This document shows, piece after piece, positions 1 to 7,581 of a stretch of DNA of 10,783 nt. Each line of letters begins with the position of its first letter. Position 1 is the stretch's first letter. The notes under the pieces are model-generated. The model was given only the letters and a program-made list of their open reading frames with translations. It did no database searches and had not been told where the DNA came from. A program made the position numbers and the translations under genes. This stretch comes from Pseudomonadota bacterium (GTDB lineage: Bacteria; Myxococcota; JACRCW01; JAFGSX01), in assembly GCA_043821645.1 (NCBI GenBank), contig JBDRCO010000105.1, positions 1 through 10,783 of the forward strand, read 5' to 3'.

Positions 1-272
1 ACCGCGGAGCCCAAGGTGAGCCGTCGGAGGTCATCAAGAGGGTGGAGTGCGGCAGGTGCCATGGCAGGACAACCGTGCCGATTGTGTGATGGCACCCACC
101 CTTCGAATACCATCCTGTGCCCGGGCATCAAGGCCCGATAAAGAGCACGTATCGATGGCTGAGGAGACGCTCTCGACGACGACACCGGGGATCCGCTGAA
201 CAGGTTGGAGGTCAGGAACAGGCGAAAACGAGAACTCAGCGATAGCTCGGGCGAGGTCATGCTGTGCTTGAC
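1..272. repeat. Long imperfect direct repeat, copy A (partner at 10513-10783)
   Basis: Manual alignment: positions 1-201 differ from 10513-10713 only at 56, 85, 94, 139 and 140; 202-272 is more diverged with small indels. The copy touches the window edge, so its true left boundary is unknown. Confidence 0.97.
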
Positions 273-293
273 ATGGCGGGCCGCTGTATCGAT

Positions 294-439
294 GACACCT
301 TTTCGGGGGGGGGACACCTCTTCGGAGGCACCTTTCCCACGATCATGGTGCGCCCAAAGGTTCGTCGGCAGCGGGAGTGTCACCCCCTCATACCCCAATC
401 GTCTGCTATCAAGGAGCCCGCCCGGAAAGGTGCCAGCCG
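294..439. repeat. Cluster of GRCACCTNTYCGG-type motifs, including an 11-bp inverted pair
   Basis: GACACCTTTTCGG at 294, GACACCTCTTCGG at 313, and GGCACCTTTCC at 327-337 whose exact reverse complement GGAAAGGTGCC is at 424-434. 421-439 is identical to 4017-4035. Confidence 0.75.
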
Positions 440-480
440 GCGGTTTCGGGGTGTGCACGAAGGCAGGCCTGGGCAGCCCG

Positions 481-513
481 CAGGCAACCCGAGACCCCGG
501 GCTCGCGTCAAAG
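481..513 (+). promoter_or_regulatory. Putative ECF sigma-dependent autoregulatory promoter (-35 GCAACC, -10 CGTC)
   Basis: CAGGCAACCC-N15-CGTC directly upstream of the ECF gene; the same elements with the same spacing occur at 2676-2704. AAC(-35)/CGT(-10) is the typical ECF promoter signature. Confidence 0.7.
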
Positions 514-519
514 GGAGTA

Positions 520-1119
520 ATGTTGGCCGTCCCGCAACCCCTGGGCGCCCCGGGCGCGAGCACTGGCATGGACGATGAGGCTGGCCTGATCCTGCGCTGC
601 ACGTCGGGCGACGACGACGCGATGCGGCAGCTGTACCAGCGCCACGCTGGTCGCGTGGTGTGCCTGGCGCAGCGCCTGCTCGGCGATCGCAGCGAGGCCG
701 AGGACGTGCTGCAGGACTGCTTCCTCAAGGCCTGGCGCGGACTCAAACAGTTTCGCGGCGAATCGTCCCTGGGCACCTGGCTGTACCGCATCGCCACCAA
801 CCTGTGCCGCGATCGCCTGCGCCAGCGCCGCCCACCCCTGCCCGCCGACGAGCTCAGCGCCCCGCCACCCCCCAGCTCCGACGTGCTGGCGAGACGCCAG
901 CTGGAGCGGGCGCTGGGCCAGCTGCCCGAGGGCTACCGCGAGGTGCTGGTGATGCACGACGTGATGGAGCTGGAGCACGCCGAGATCGCCGCGGTCCTCG
1001 GCATCGAGGTGGGCACGTCGAAGAGCCAGCTGCACAAGGCGCGGGCGCGCATGCGCGTGCTGCTCCAGCAGGGCAATGGCGGTGCACCGCGCGCCGCGGA
1101 CAAGGAGCTGCCCCAATGA
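520..1119 (+). CDS. ECF-family (sigma-70 group 4) RNA polymerase sigma factor
   Basis: Region 2 motifs (AEDVLQDCFLKAW, FRGESSLGTWLYRIATNLCRD) and region 4 HTH (LPEGYREVLVMHD...EIAAVLGIEVGTSKSQLHKARARMR). Start is ATG 520 or ATG 568; the ORF extension back to 205 runs through repeat and intergenic DNA. Confidence 0.95.
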   Translation: MLAVPQPLGAPGASTGMDDEAGLILRCTSGDDDAMRQLYQRHAGRVVCLAQRLLGDRSEAEDVLQDCFLKAWRGLKQFRGESSLGTWLYRIATNLCRDRLRQRRPPLPADELSAPPPPSSDVLARRQLERALGQLPEGYREVLVMHDVMELEHAEIAAVLGIEVGTSKSQLHKARARMRVLLQQGNGGAPRAADKELPQ

Positions 1120-1781
1120 CAGACCACCGAGCGCAGAGCTGTCCGCCCGATGAGCGCCTCAGCGCCTGGCTGGACGGTGACCTGGATCCGCAGCAGGCGC
1201 TGGCCGTCGACGTGCACCTGGCGCACTGCGCCCACTGCCAGGCGGTGCGCGACGAGCTGACCGGGCTGCGCGACGGACTGCGCGGGCTGGCCGTGGTGGC
1301 CGCCCCGCCGACCTGGGAGCAGCGGCCAGGCGCCTCGACCACGCCAGCCGTACGCGCACCGCGCGTGGTGTCGCGGCGCCGCTGGGCGCTGGGCGGACTG
1401 GGCGCAGTGGGGATCGCGGCGGCGGCGGCGCTGCTGCTTTACATTCTCCCTCCGACGACGACCACGCAGGCCACGGCGACAGCGACCCCGGACGCGGCGG
1501 CGAGCGCCCGCGCCCACGACGCACTGGCCAGTGTGCGCCAGGCCGAACAGCAGTACATCGACGCCATCGGCAAGCTGGAGCAGGCGGTGACCCAGGACAC
1601 GCAGCGCTACCGGCCCGAGGTGCGCGCGGTCATCGAGCGCGGTCTGGCAACCATCGACGAGACTGTCCGCCAGAGCCAGCGCGCCATGCGCGAGACCCCC
1701 GAGGATCTGGCGGCGCACGAGCTGATGCTGGCGACCTATCAGCAGAAGGTCGACTTCCTCAGCGGGTTCGCGAACGAGTAG
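1116..1781 (+). CDS. Anti-sigma factor with zf-HC2 zinc-binding domain and one TM helix
   Basis: ATGA overlap with the sigma stop; LSAWLDGDL...HLAHCAHC (HxxxCxxC); hydrophobic segment WALGGLGAVGIAAAAALLLYIL; helical C-terminus. Confidence 0.92.
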   Translation: MTDHRAQSCPPDERLSAWLDGDLDPQQALAVDVHLAHCAHCQAVRDELTGLRDGLRGLAVVAAPPTWEQRPGASTTPAVRAPRVVSRRRWALGGLGAVGIAAAAALLLYILPPTTTTQATATATPDAAASARAHDALASVRQAEQQYIDAIGKLEQAVTQDTQRYRPEVRAVIERGLATIDETVRQSQRAMRETPEDLAAHELMLATYQQKVDFLSGFANE

Positions 1782-1797
1782 CCATGAGGAGCGCGTC

Positions 1798-2667
1798 ATG
1801 AAGAGAAGGATGAGCCACCTCGCCAGGGCCCTGATCGCGGTCGCGCTGGTGGGCGCGCCGGGCGTCGTCGCGGCCAAGACGGTCAAGCAGTCGCTGCCCA
1901 CCCAGGGCGTCGATCGCGTCGAGGTGAAGCTGCGTTCTGGCCACCTGACGGTGCGACCTGGCGGCGCGACCACGCTCGAGGTCGAGAGCGACCAGCCCGG
2001 GCTGCAGGTCGACACCAAGGACGGTCTGATTCGCATCGACGACAAGAAGCTGCCGGAGGGGACGGAGGTCGAGCTGCACCTGGCGCTGCCCGCAAAGCTC
2101 CAGCTCAAGGCGGTGATCGTCAGCGGCCGCGTCGATGTGGAGGGCGTGCCCGACAAGGTCGAGCTGAAGATGATCGACGGCGACACGCACATCCGGCGCT
2201 GTGGCACGCTGAGGGTCAAGGCGGTGAGCGGCGAGATCGAGGTGGCCGAGGCCAGCGGCGACGTCGAGCTGGAGACGGTGAGCGGCGGGGTCCGGCTGGT
2301 CGGCATGTCAGGCGAGCGGCTCAAGATCAAGACCGTCAGCGGCGACATCCGTGCCCAGGCTGTGGACGCGCGCGACATCGAGCTGCACGCCTTTTCCGGC
2401 GACGTTCGGTTCGAGGGCTCGCTGCGTCCCGGGGCCGAGCTGGAGGTCGGCGTGTTCAGCGGCGACGTGCTGCTGCGCCTGCCCGCGACGCAATCCTTCG
2501 AGTTCGAGGCGAAGAGCCGCGACGGCCGGGTGCAGCTCCAGGGACCCCTGCAGGTCTTCGAGCGCAGCGAGCACCACGCACGCGCCAAGGCCGGCGCTGG
2601 CGGACCGGAGATCCGGGTCAAGAGCTTCAGCAGCGACATCCGGGTCGAGGTCGGCGAGTCCAAATAA
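1798..2667 (+). CDS. Exported DUF4097 / putative adhesin beta-strand repeat protein
   Basis: GAGGAG RBS at 1786; signal-peptide-like N-terminus; repeated VSG[D/E/G][I/V] and FSGDV units. DUF4097 genes commonly follow ECF/anti-sigma pairs. Confidence 0.88.
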   Translation: MKRRMSHLARALIAVALVGAPGVVAAKTVKQSLPTQGVDRVEVKLRSGHLTVRPGGATTLEVESDQPGLQVDTKDGLIRIDDKKLPEGTEVELHLALPAKLQLKAVIVSGRVDVEGVPDKVELKMIDGDTHIRRCGTLRVKAVSGEIEVAEASGDVELETVSGGVRLVGMSGERLKIKTVSGDIRAQAVDARDIELHAFSGDVRFEGSLRPGAELEVGVFSGDVLLRLPATQSFEFEAKSRDGRVQLQGPLQVFERSEHHARAKAGAGGPEIRVKSFSSDIRVEVGESK

Positions 2668-2675
2668 CGAACCTG

Positions 2676-2708
2676 CAGGCAACCCCGCGAGCGCCTCCCG
2701 CGTCCAAG
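2676..2708 (+). promoter_or_regulatory. Second putative ECF promoter
   Basis: CAGGCAACCC-N15-CGTC, matching 481-509 in both elements and spacing, while most of the spacer differs. Confidence 0.7.
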
Positions 2709-2738
2709 AAGTGTACTGACCGCACGCTGGAGGCTCCC

Positions 2739-2894
2739 ATGCAGGCAGCAGATCTCCCTTCGATCACCGTCGACCTGCCGCAGCCGGCTCCGGCTTTTCA
2801 CTTCTCTTTCGGCTTGCCCGCGCGCACCCTCGCCCGCCCCTCCTTCTTCGACACCCTGCGCGATCTGCTATCGCTCTTGCTGGTCTTTGGCTGA
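2739..2894 (+). CDS. Small hypothetical protein, 51 aa (MQAADLPSITVDLPQPAPAFHFSFGLPARTLARPSFFDTLRDLLSLLLVFG)
   Basis: GGAGG RBS at 2729-2733, ATG 2739, TGA 2892-2894; directly downstream of the second ECF promoter; absent from the supplied ORF track. Confidence 0.6.
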   Translation: MQAADLPSITVDLPQPAPAFHFSFGLPARTLARPSFFDTLRDLLSLLLVFG

Positions 2895-2906
2895 AAGCTC
2901 TCTGCA

Positions 2907-3210
2907 GTGCGCTCGACGACCGTCCAGCAGCGCCTGCGCGCGCCGTGGTCTACAGCACGCTCGTCGACCCGCGGGCCATCGCAGCCTGGCGCGTGCCCGA
3001 AGAGAGGGTGGTCGAGGTCCTCGAGTTCGAAACCACGGACCTGGCCTTGCAGGGTCGATGGATGGTCACGACCACACTGAGCGACGCCGAGGACAGCAGC
3101 ATCCTGCGGGTGGTCGCGCACGAAGGGCTGCCCACGGGCTGTCGGCGGCGGATAACGAGGTTGGCTGGCGCATGTCGCTCGCCAAGCTGGCGGCCCTGGT
3201 CGAGAGGGGA
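2907..3210 (+). pseudogene. SRPBCC/AHSA1-family pseudogene with two frameshifts and an internal deletion
   Basis: Pieces lie in three frames: VRSTTVQQRLRAP (2907), VYSTLVDPRAIAAWRVP|EERVVEVLEFETTD...HEGLP (2945 frame), LSAADNEVGWRMSLAKLAALVE (third frame). The central strands expected in this family are missing. Confidence 0.8.
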
Positions 3211-3289
3211 CCTGCGCGGGCCGCTCTCCCGAGCACCGGGCCACGCTTGCCAGGCACTGAGCGCGCTGGGATCGCACGGCCAGATCCTG

Positions 3290-3706
3290 TCAGCGCGTGC
3301 CGCCCGCGCAGGGCCGGCACACCGGCTGACCTTGCTTGAGGCGCGCCTTGTTCTCGGCCACCAGCTCTCCGCAGCCACTGCAGACGACGGTGTCGAAGCA
3401 GGCCGCCCGCCTGGGTCCGAGCGCGTACGCGAAGACCTCGGATACCGCGAACAGATCCCCTTCGCTGCGCCCCATCAGACCCTGCACCAGCGGCCGGCTG
3501 ACGTCGAGCGGGACGTCGGTCAGCGCCACACCCTCGTGGCGCATCTTGACGAAGGGCGACTGCATGGCCGCCTGCATAGTCCCGGGCTTCACCGACACGC
3601 GCACCGCCTGGCCGGTCGCGCTGTCGACGAGGGTCAGCGCCCACTTGCCGTAGCCGGTGCGCTCGATCAGCCCCTTGCCGAAGGTGCAGCCGGTGGCCAT
3701 CTGCAC
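3290..3706 (-). pseudogene. C-terminal part of an FmdE-family protein with a C4 zinc finger; N-terminus missing
   Basis: VQMATGCTFGKG motif and CSGCGE...VCRPC zinc finger; the N-terminal FHGHxC motif typical of FmdE is absent. Confidence 0.8.
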
Positions 3707-3840
3707 GCTGGTCGTCGCGGCGGTGTGGAAGTCGGTGCCCAGCCACACCCGGAGAGGGGTGTACAGCGCTCCACCGCCCTGGCCGAGATGGAGAAGACCA
3801 CGGCGACAGCGAACATGCAGATAGCGAGCAGCAGCCACAC
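3707..3840 (-). pseudogene. N-terminal fragment of a TauE/SafE sulfite-exporter-family gene, frameshifted and joined in frame to the FmdE fragment
   Basis: AGGAGG RBS (3849-3854) and GTG at 3840. Restoring one base near 3788 gives MWLLLAICMFAVAVVFS(M)LGQGGGALYTPLRVWLGTDFHTAATTS, which carries the TauE GxGGG...P...A..TS pattern. Confidence 0.7.
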
Positions 3841-3948
3841 GTCCTGGTCCTCCTACCGCTCCCTCATCCCGCGCCGAGCCAGGGGCCGAGGACGCGGGAG
3901 GCGCGCGCCACGTCCTGTGGGCGGTCTCCTTGCATGGAAGTATACGTT

Positions 3949-3966
3949 TATCCGCATATACGGATA
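3949..3966. promoter_or_regulatory. AT-rich palindrome, candidate ArsR/SmtB-type operator
   Basis: TATCCG-CATATA-CGGATA within an AT-rich patch just upstream of the minus-strand ATG at 3935. Confidence 0.55.
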
Positions 3967-4010
3967 TAGTGTATTACAGCGGTGGCTGCCGCGTACCTCC
4001 GACGGCCCCA

Positions 4011-4249
4011 GAGCCCCCCGGAAAGGTGCCAGCCGACTGTCTCGGTGGCGTGTACATGATCCGCTTCGCCATCTGGCTCGCCCTCGCCGCGCTCAACAAG
4101 GGCTCGGCCCATACGTGTGACAGCTATTCGGGGCACTGTCCCCGTCCCTGCCGTCCCTATACTATGTCGACAGGAGGGCTCCGTCCCTGCCCCCCTGCGT
4201 TACTCCGCGGTAGCGCAGGAAGTACGAGGATGTGGAGGGCGCTGTCCCC
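4011..4249. repeat. Intergenic motif cluster with a hairpin
   Basis: 4017-4035 equals 421-439; CGTGTGACAGCTATTCGG at 4114; CCGTCCCT three times (4142, 4151, 4181); hairpin CCTGCGTTAC/GTAGCGCAGG at 4194-4219; 4234-4249 equals 5206-5221. Confidence 0.7.
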
Positions 4250-4309
4250 TGGCTCTCCTGGTTCTCACCACCGGCGCTCGTCGCCATCGCGCGCCAAGTG
4301 GAGCGCACC

Positions 4310-5074
4310 GTGCGCATTGCCATCACCCGGGCAGTCAGCCGCAGCATAGCGGCATGCAACCTGGTGCACCTGCCCCGCCAGCCAATAGCCCTCGAGCGCG
4401 CGCGCGCCCAGCATGCCGCCTACGAGCAGGCGCTGAGCACGCTCGGCTGCCGCCTCGAACGACTGCCCGAGGAGCCGACACTGCCGGACGCGGTGTTCGT
4501 CGAGGACGCGGCGGTGGTGCTCGATGAGCTCGCCGTCATCACCCGCCCCGGCGCCGTCTCCCGGCGACCCGAGACCTCGACCGTTGCGCGCGCGCTGAAG
4601 CCGTATCGCGTGCTGGCGCACGTCGTCGCACCCGGGACCGTCGACGGCGGCGACGTGTTGCGCGTCGACCGCCAGCTCTTCATCGGTCTCTCGGCGCGTA
4701 CCAACGAAGCCGGGATCGCCCAGCTCGCGGCGGTGCTCGAGCCGCACGGCTACGCCGTCACCGCGGTGCCCGTGACCAGGTGCCTGCACCTCAAGTCGGC
4801 GGTCACCGCAGTCGCACCAGGCACCATTCTGCTGAGCCCGAGATGGATAGACCCCGCGCGCTTTGTCGGGCTGCGGCACATCGAGGTCGACCCTGCCGAG
4901 CCAGCTGCTGCCAACGGTCTGCGCGTCGGCGACCGCGTGCTCTACGCGACCGCGTTCCCGCGAACGCGCGCGCGCCTCGAGCAGCAGGGCATCGCTGTCG
5001 TCAGCATAGACCTGTCGGAGCTGGCCAAGGCCGAGGCCGCGGTCACCTGCTGCAGCCTGATCGTCGAGGATTGA
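4310..5074 (+). CDS. ddah: N(G),N(G)-dimethylarginine dimethylaminohydrolase (DDAH; amidinotransferase/pentein superfamily)
   Basis: GTG start after a GGAG RBS, 254 aa; motifs PDAVFVED, TRPGAVSRRPE, DGGDVL, LHLKS and a terminal TCCS containing the catalytic Cys. Confidence 0.92.
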   Translation: MRIAITRAVSRSIAACNLVHLPRQPIALERARAQHAAYEQALSTLGCRLERLPEEPTLPDAVFVEDAAVVLDELAVITRPGAVSRRPETSTVARALKPYRVLAHVVAPGTVDGGDVLRVDRQLFIGLSARTNEAGIAQLAAVLEPHGYAVTAVPVTRCLHLKSAVTAVAPGTILLSPRWIDPARFVGLRHIEVDPAEPAAANGLRVGDRVLYATAFPRTRARLEQQGIAVVSIDLSELAKAEAAVTCCSLIVED

Positions 5075-5192
5075 AGAGCGTCCATCCCGAGTGAAGCGAG
5101 CCCGTCTTCACCGCGGCCAGGGCCCGGGACAGGGCGCTGGTTCGGTATTTTGGTGGCACCTGCCGGGGACACATATTCGTGTGACCCCTGTT

Positions 5193-5230
5193 CAGGGGGA
5201 AGCAAGGAGGGCGCTGTCCCCCTGTTTTTT
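5193..5230 (+). terminator. Candidate intrinsic terminator downstream of ddah
   Basis: CAGGGGGA (5193-5200) pairs with TCCCCCTG (5217-5224), with an inner AGC/GCT pair, followed by TTTTTT. Confidence 0.55.
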
Positions 5231-5289
5231 CGAGCGGCTGTTTGCTGGGTCGAGGAATCACTGCTAGCTTTTTTTCCGTGAAAAGTTCA

Positions 5290-6021
5290 ATGAGCCCGAG
5301 ACACTGGACAACAAGCTTGGCTCGAGCACACCCCGCGGCACGTCGTCACGCGGCCCTGTTGGTGATCCTGGCCTGCGCGGCCTGTTCCCACACGCTGACC
5401 GTCAACACTGTTCAAACAGGCAGCCGCATTTATGTGGATGACGAAGAGGTCGGTGGCGACGAGGTGACCACCACCACCTCGACAGGTTTTTTTGGATCGG
5501 TGCGGATCAAGGCCGAGCACGACGACTACACGCCACTGGAAGTCGAGATCGACCGGCAGCACACCTCGTGGCCCCTGCTGATCGGCGCCCTTGGAGGCTG
5601 TCTGGGAGGGGGCTGCCTGGGCGCGGGCTGCGGGCTGATGAGCGGTCTCGTGGTCTTCCCCCAGGGCTCGCCGCTATACGACGGGGGCCCCGAGACGATG
5701 ATGGTCACCGGCTCGCTGCTCACCGGACTGCCCTTCCTCGGCCTGCTCCTCCTGCTGCACCACGGTCCCGACGCCGTGACCCTGGATCTGGAGAGCGGCC
5801 GGGTCACGACGCTTCCTCCGACCAACTTCGTCGTCGTGCAGGCGCCCTCACCACGGCGCGCTGCCACCGGCTCCACCCAGCCAGAGCCCACAGACCAGGC
5901 GACCGAGCAGCCCCAGCCCACTCCTCAGGATCCGCCAGCACAAGAGGAGAAGCCTCACGCCGGGCCGTCGGGCAGTGAAGAGCCAGGGGCGGATCCCGAG
6001 ATGGAACCCTTCACCTACTGA
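5290..6021 (+). CDS. PEGA-like putative lipoprotein with hydrophobic hairpin, paralog 1
   Basis: Lipobox-like LACAAC-SHT; GSRIYVDDEEVG; Gly/Cys-rich hydrophobic segments; HGPD; Pro/Gln tail; ends PFTY. Homologous to the next two genes. Confidence 0.85.
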   Translation: MSPRHWTTSLARAHPAARRHAALLVILACAACSHTLTVNTVQTGSRIYVDDEEVGGDEVTTTTSTGFFGSVRIKAEHDDYTPLEVEIDRQHTSWPLLIGALGGCLGGGCLGAGCGLMSGLVVFPQGSPLYDGGPETMMVTGSLLTGLPFLGLLLLLHHGPDAVTLDLESGRVTTLPPTNFVVVQAPSPRRAATGSTQPEPTDQATEQPQPTPQDPPAQEEKPHAGPSGSEEPGADPEMEPFTY

Positions 6022-6125
6022 TCCCGCTTGCGAGCACGCCGATCGCGTGGCATCAGGACAGCGGTCGTCGTCGAGCCCAAGGGTCACGGTGCCAATTCAG
6101 CTCTCCACCAGGACCGGTCATCGTA

Positions 6126-6797
6126 TTGAACATTGCAGGCAAGATCTTCAGCGTCGTCCTCACCGTCGGGGCCCTGGGCTGCGCGCACACCACCAGCATC
6201 AAGGCCGAGCCCGCGGGGACCAAGATCTTTGTCGACGGCGAGTACCTGGGTCAGGACCGGGTGTCGACGTCGATAGGGAACAGCTTTCTTGGCTCCTACA
6301 CGGTCAGGGCTGTCAACCCTGAGCTGCCACCGCTCGAGGTCGTGGTCGATCAGCCTCACCTGGACTGGGGTGTGGCCCTTGCAGCCGCTGGCGGCTGCCT
6401 GGGCGTGGGCTGCGGGTGCGGCATCTGCGCGTTTTTGTCCTCGGTGACGGTGCTCCAGTTTGCTCCGGAGATCGTCTTCATGGTGGGTCCCGTTGTCATC
6501 CCTATCCTCGCTGCGGTGGTCACGGGCGGGCCCTTCTTGACGCTGCTGGGCTGGTCGACCCACGGTCCCGACGCGTTGAGCCTCGACCTGAAGAAGCGGC
6601 AGGTCGATGCGATTCCGACAACCAAGGTCACCATCGTCGAGGTTGACGAGCCGGTGGCTACCAGGCCAGCACCCCAACCGTCCTCCCGGCCGAGCTCTGC
6701 TGCACCTCCAGCGGAGCCGCCCGCCCAGCCCGAGGCGCCTGTCACAAGCCCGGCTCAGCCAAAGCCAGAGGACAAGATCAAACCCTTTGAATACTAA
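6126..6797 (+). CDS. PEGA-like putative lipoprotein with hydrophobic hairpin, paralog 2
   Basis: TTG start; GALGC-AHT; AEPAGTKIFVDGEYLG (PEGA-like); HGPD; Pro-rich tail; ends PFEY. Confidence 0.85.
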   Translation: MNIAGKIFSVVLTVGALGCAHTTSIKAEPAGTKIFVDGEYLGQDRVSTSIGNSFLGSYTVRAVNPELPPLEVVVDQPHLDWGVALAAAGGCLGVGCGCGICAFLSSVTVLQFAPEIVFMVGPVVIPILAAVVTGGPFLTLLGWSTHGPDALSLDLKKRQVDAIPTTKVTIVEVDEPVATRPAPQPSSRPSSAAPPAEPPAQPEAPVTSPAQPKPEDKIKPFEY

Positions 6798-6834
6798 CGA
6801 CGGTCTTTTTAGCGGGGTGAGGCAGGTCTTTGAC

Positions 6835-7581
6835 ATGGTGCTCGAACCACCGCTTCATCGAGGGACTGGCTTGTGCCGCTGGCGGTGGCTCGGGTCGTTG
6901 TGTCGCAGCTTGGCGGCGGTCGCAGCGCTGGTCGCAGCTGCGATGGCGCTGGGGTGCTCGCACACCACCACCATCTCCGCCAGGCAGCAAGGGACCCGAT
7001 TCTACCTCGACGACGAGCTGATCGGAACCGACTCGGTGACCACCGATGTGGCCAACGGCCTTGGCTCGTCCTACCGGATCCGCGCTGAGGTCGAGGGCCG
7101 CGACCCCATGGAGATCAAGATCGAACGCCAGCACGTCTCCTGGCCAACGGTCATCACGGCCTTGGGCGGCGGGCTGGCCAGCGGTTGTGTCACCGGTTGC
7201 CTTGGCTTCTGGGTGTTTGGGGCGACAACCAGCGACATGATCCCCGACGCTGGGGTCTGGTTCACGGCGGCATCGTGCACCGGCGCTCTGGCTGGAGTCC
7301 TGGGTGTGTTGCCCGTCGCGTCGCTGATGCTGTGGATGAACCACGGTCCCGACACGGTGGATATCGATCTGGAGACGCGCCAGGTCGCGACCGTTCCGCC
7401 CACCCAGGTCACGATTCTGAACGAGGTGAGCAGCAAGGCGTCGGTGCAGGTTGTGCCGGACGCGGACACCACGGCGCCGGGCCAGGCCACACCTGAGGTG
7501 CCGGCCCCAGCCCCCCAACCACAGAGCACGCCTGCACAGGACGTTGTCAGCGATCCGGGGATGCAGCCGTTTGATTATTAG
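6835..7581 (+). CDS. PEGA-like putative lipoprotein with hydrophobic hairpin, paralog 3
   Basis: AMALGC-SHT; GTRFYLDDELIG; HGPD; Pro-rich tail; ends PFDY. Start codon uncertain. Confidence 0.85.
   Translation: MVLEPPLHRGTGLCRWRWLGSLCRSLAAVAALVAAAMALGCSHTTTISARQQGTRFYLDDELIGTDSVTTDVANGLGSSYRIRAEVEGRDPMEIKIERQHVSWPTVITALGGGLASGCVTGCLGFWVFGATTSDMIPDAGVWFTAASCTGALAGVLGVLPVASLMLWMNHGPDTVDIDLETRQVATVPPTQVTILNEVSSKASVQVVPDADTTAPGQATPEVPAPAPQPQSTPAQDVVSDPGMQPFDY

Noticed and set aside
61-141. 26-aa ORF MAGQPCRLCDGTHPSNTILCPGIKAR with a zinc-knuckle-like pattern
   Set aside because: In copy B the changes within it are all non-synonymous (Cys to Gly, Thr to Ala, stop lost), which argues against coding constraint.
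47-272. GTGCG at 47 as a group II intron 5' end
   Set aside because: No domain V/VI-like sequence and no RT/maturase gene was found.
933-2801. Long antisense or alternative-frame ORFs (933-2801, 2945-4120 as a whole, 6778-7662, 8217-8954, 8902-9762, most of 9588-10601)
   Set aside because: Shadow ORFs typical of high-GC coding DNA; they overlap better-supported genes.
4057-4115. Short hydrophobic stretch MIRFAIWLALAALNKG between motif copies
   Set aside because: Possibly another gene relic, but too short to assign to any family.
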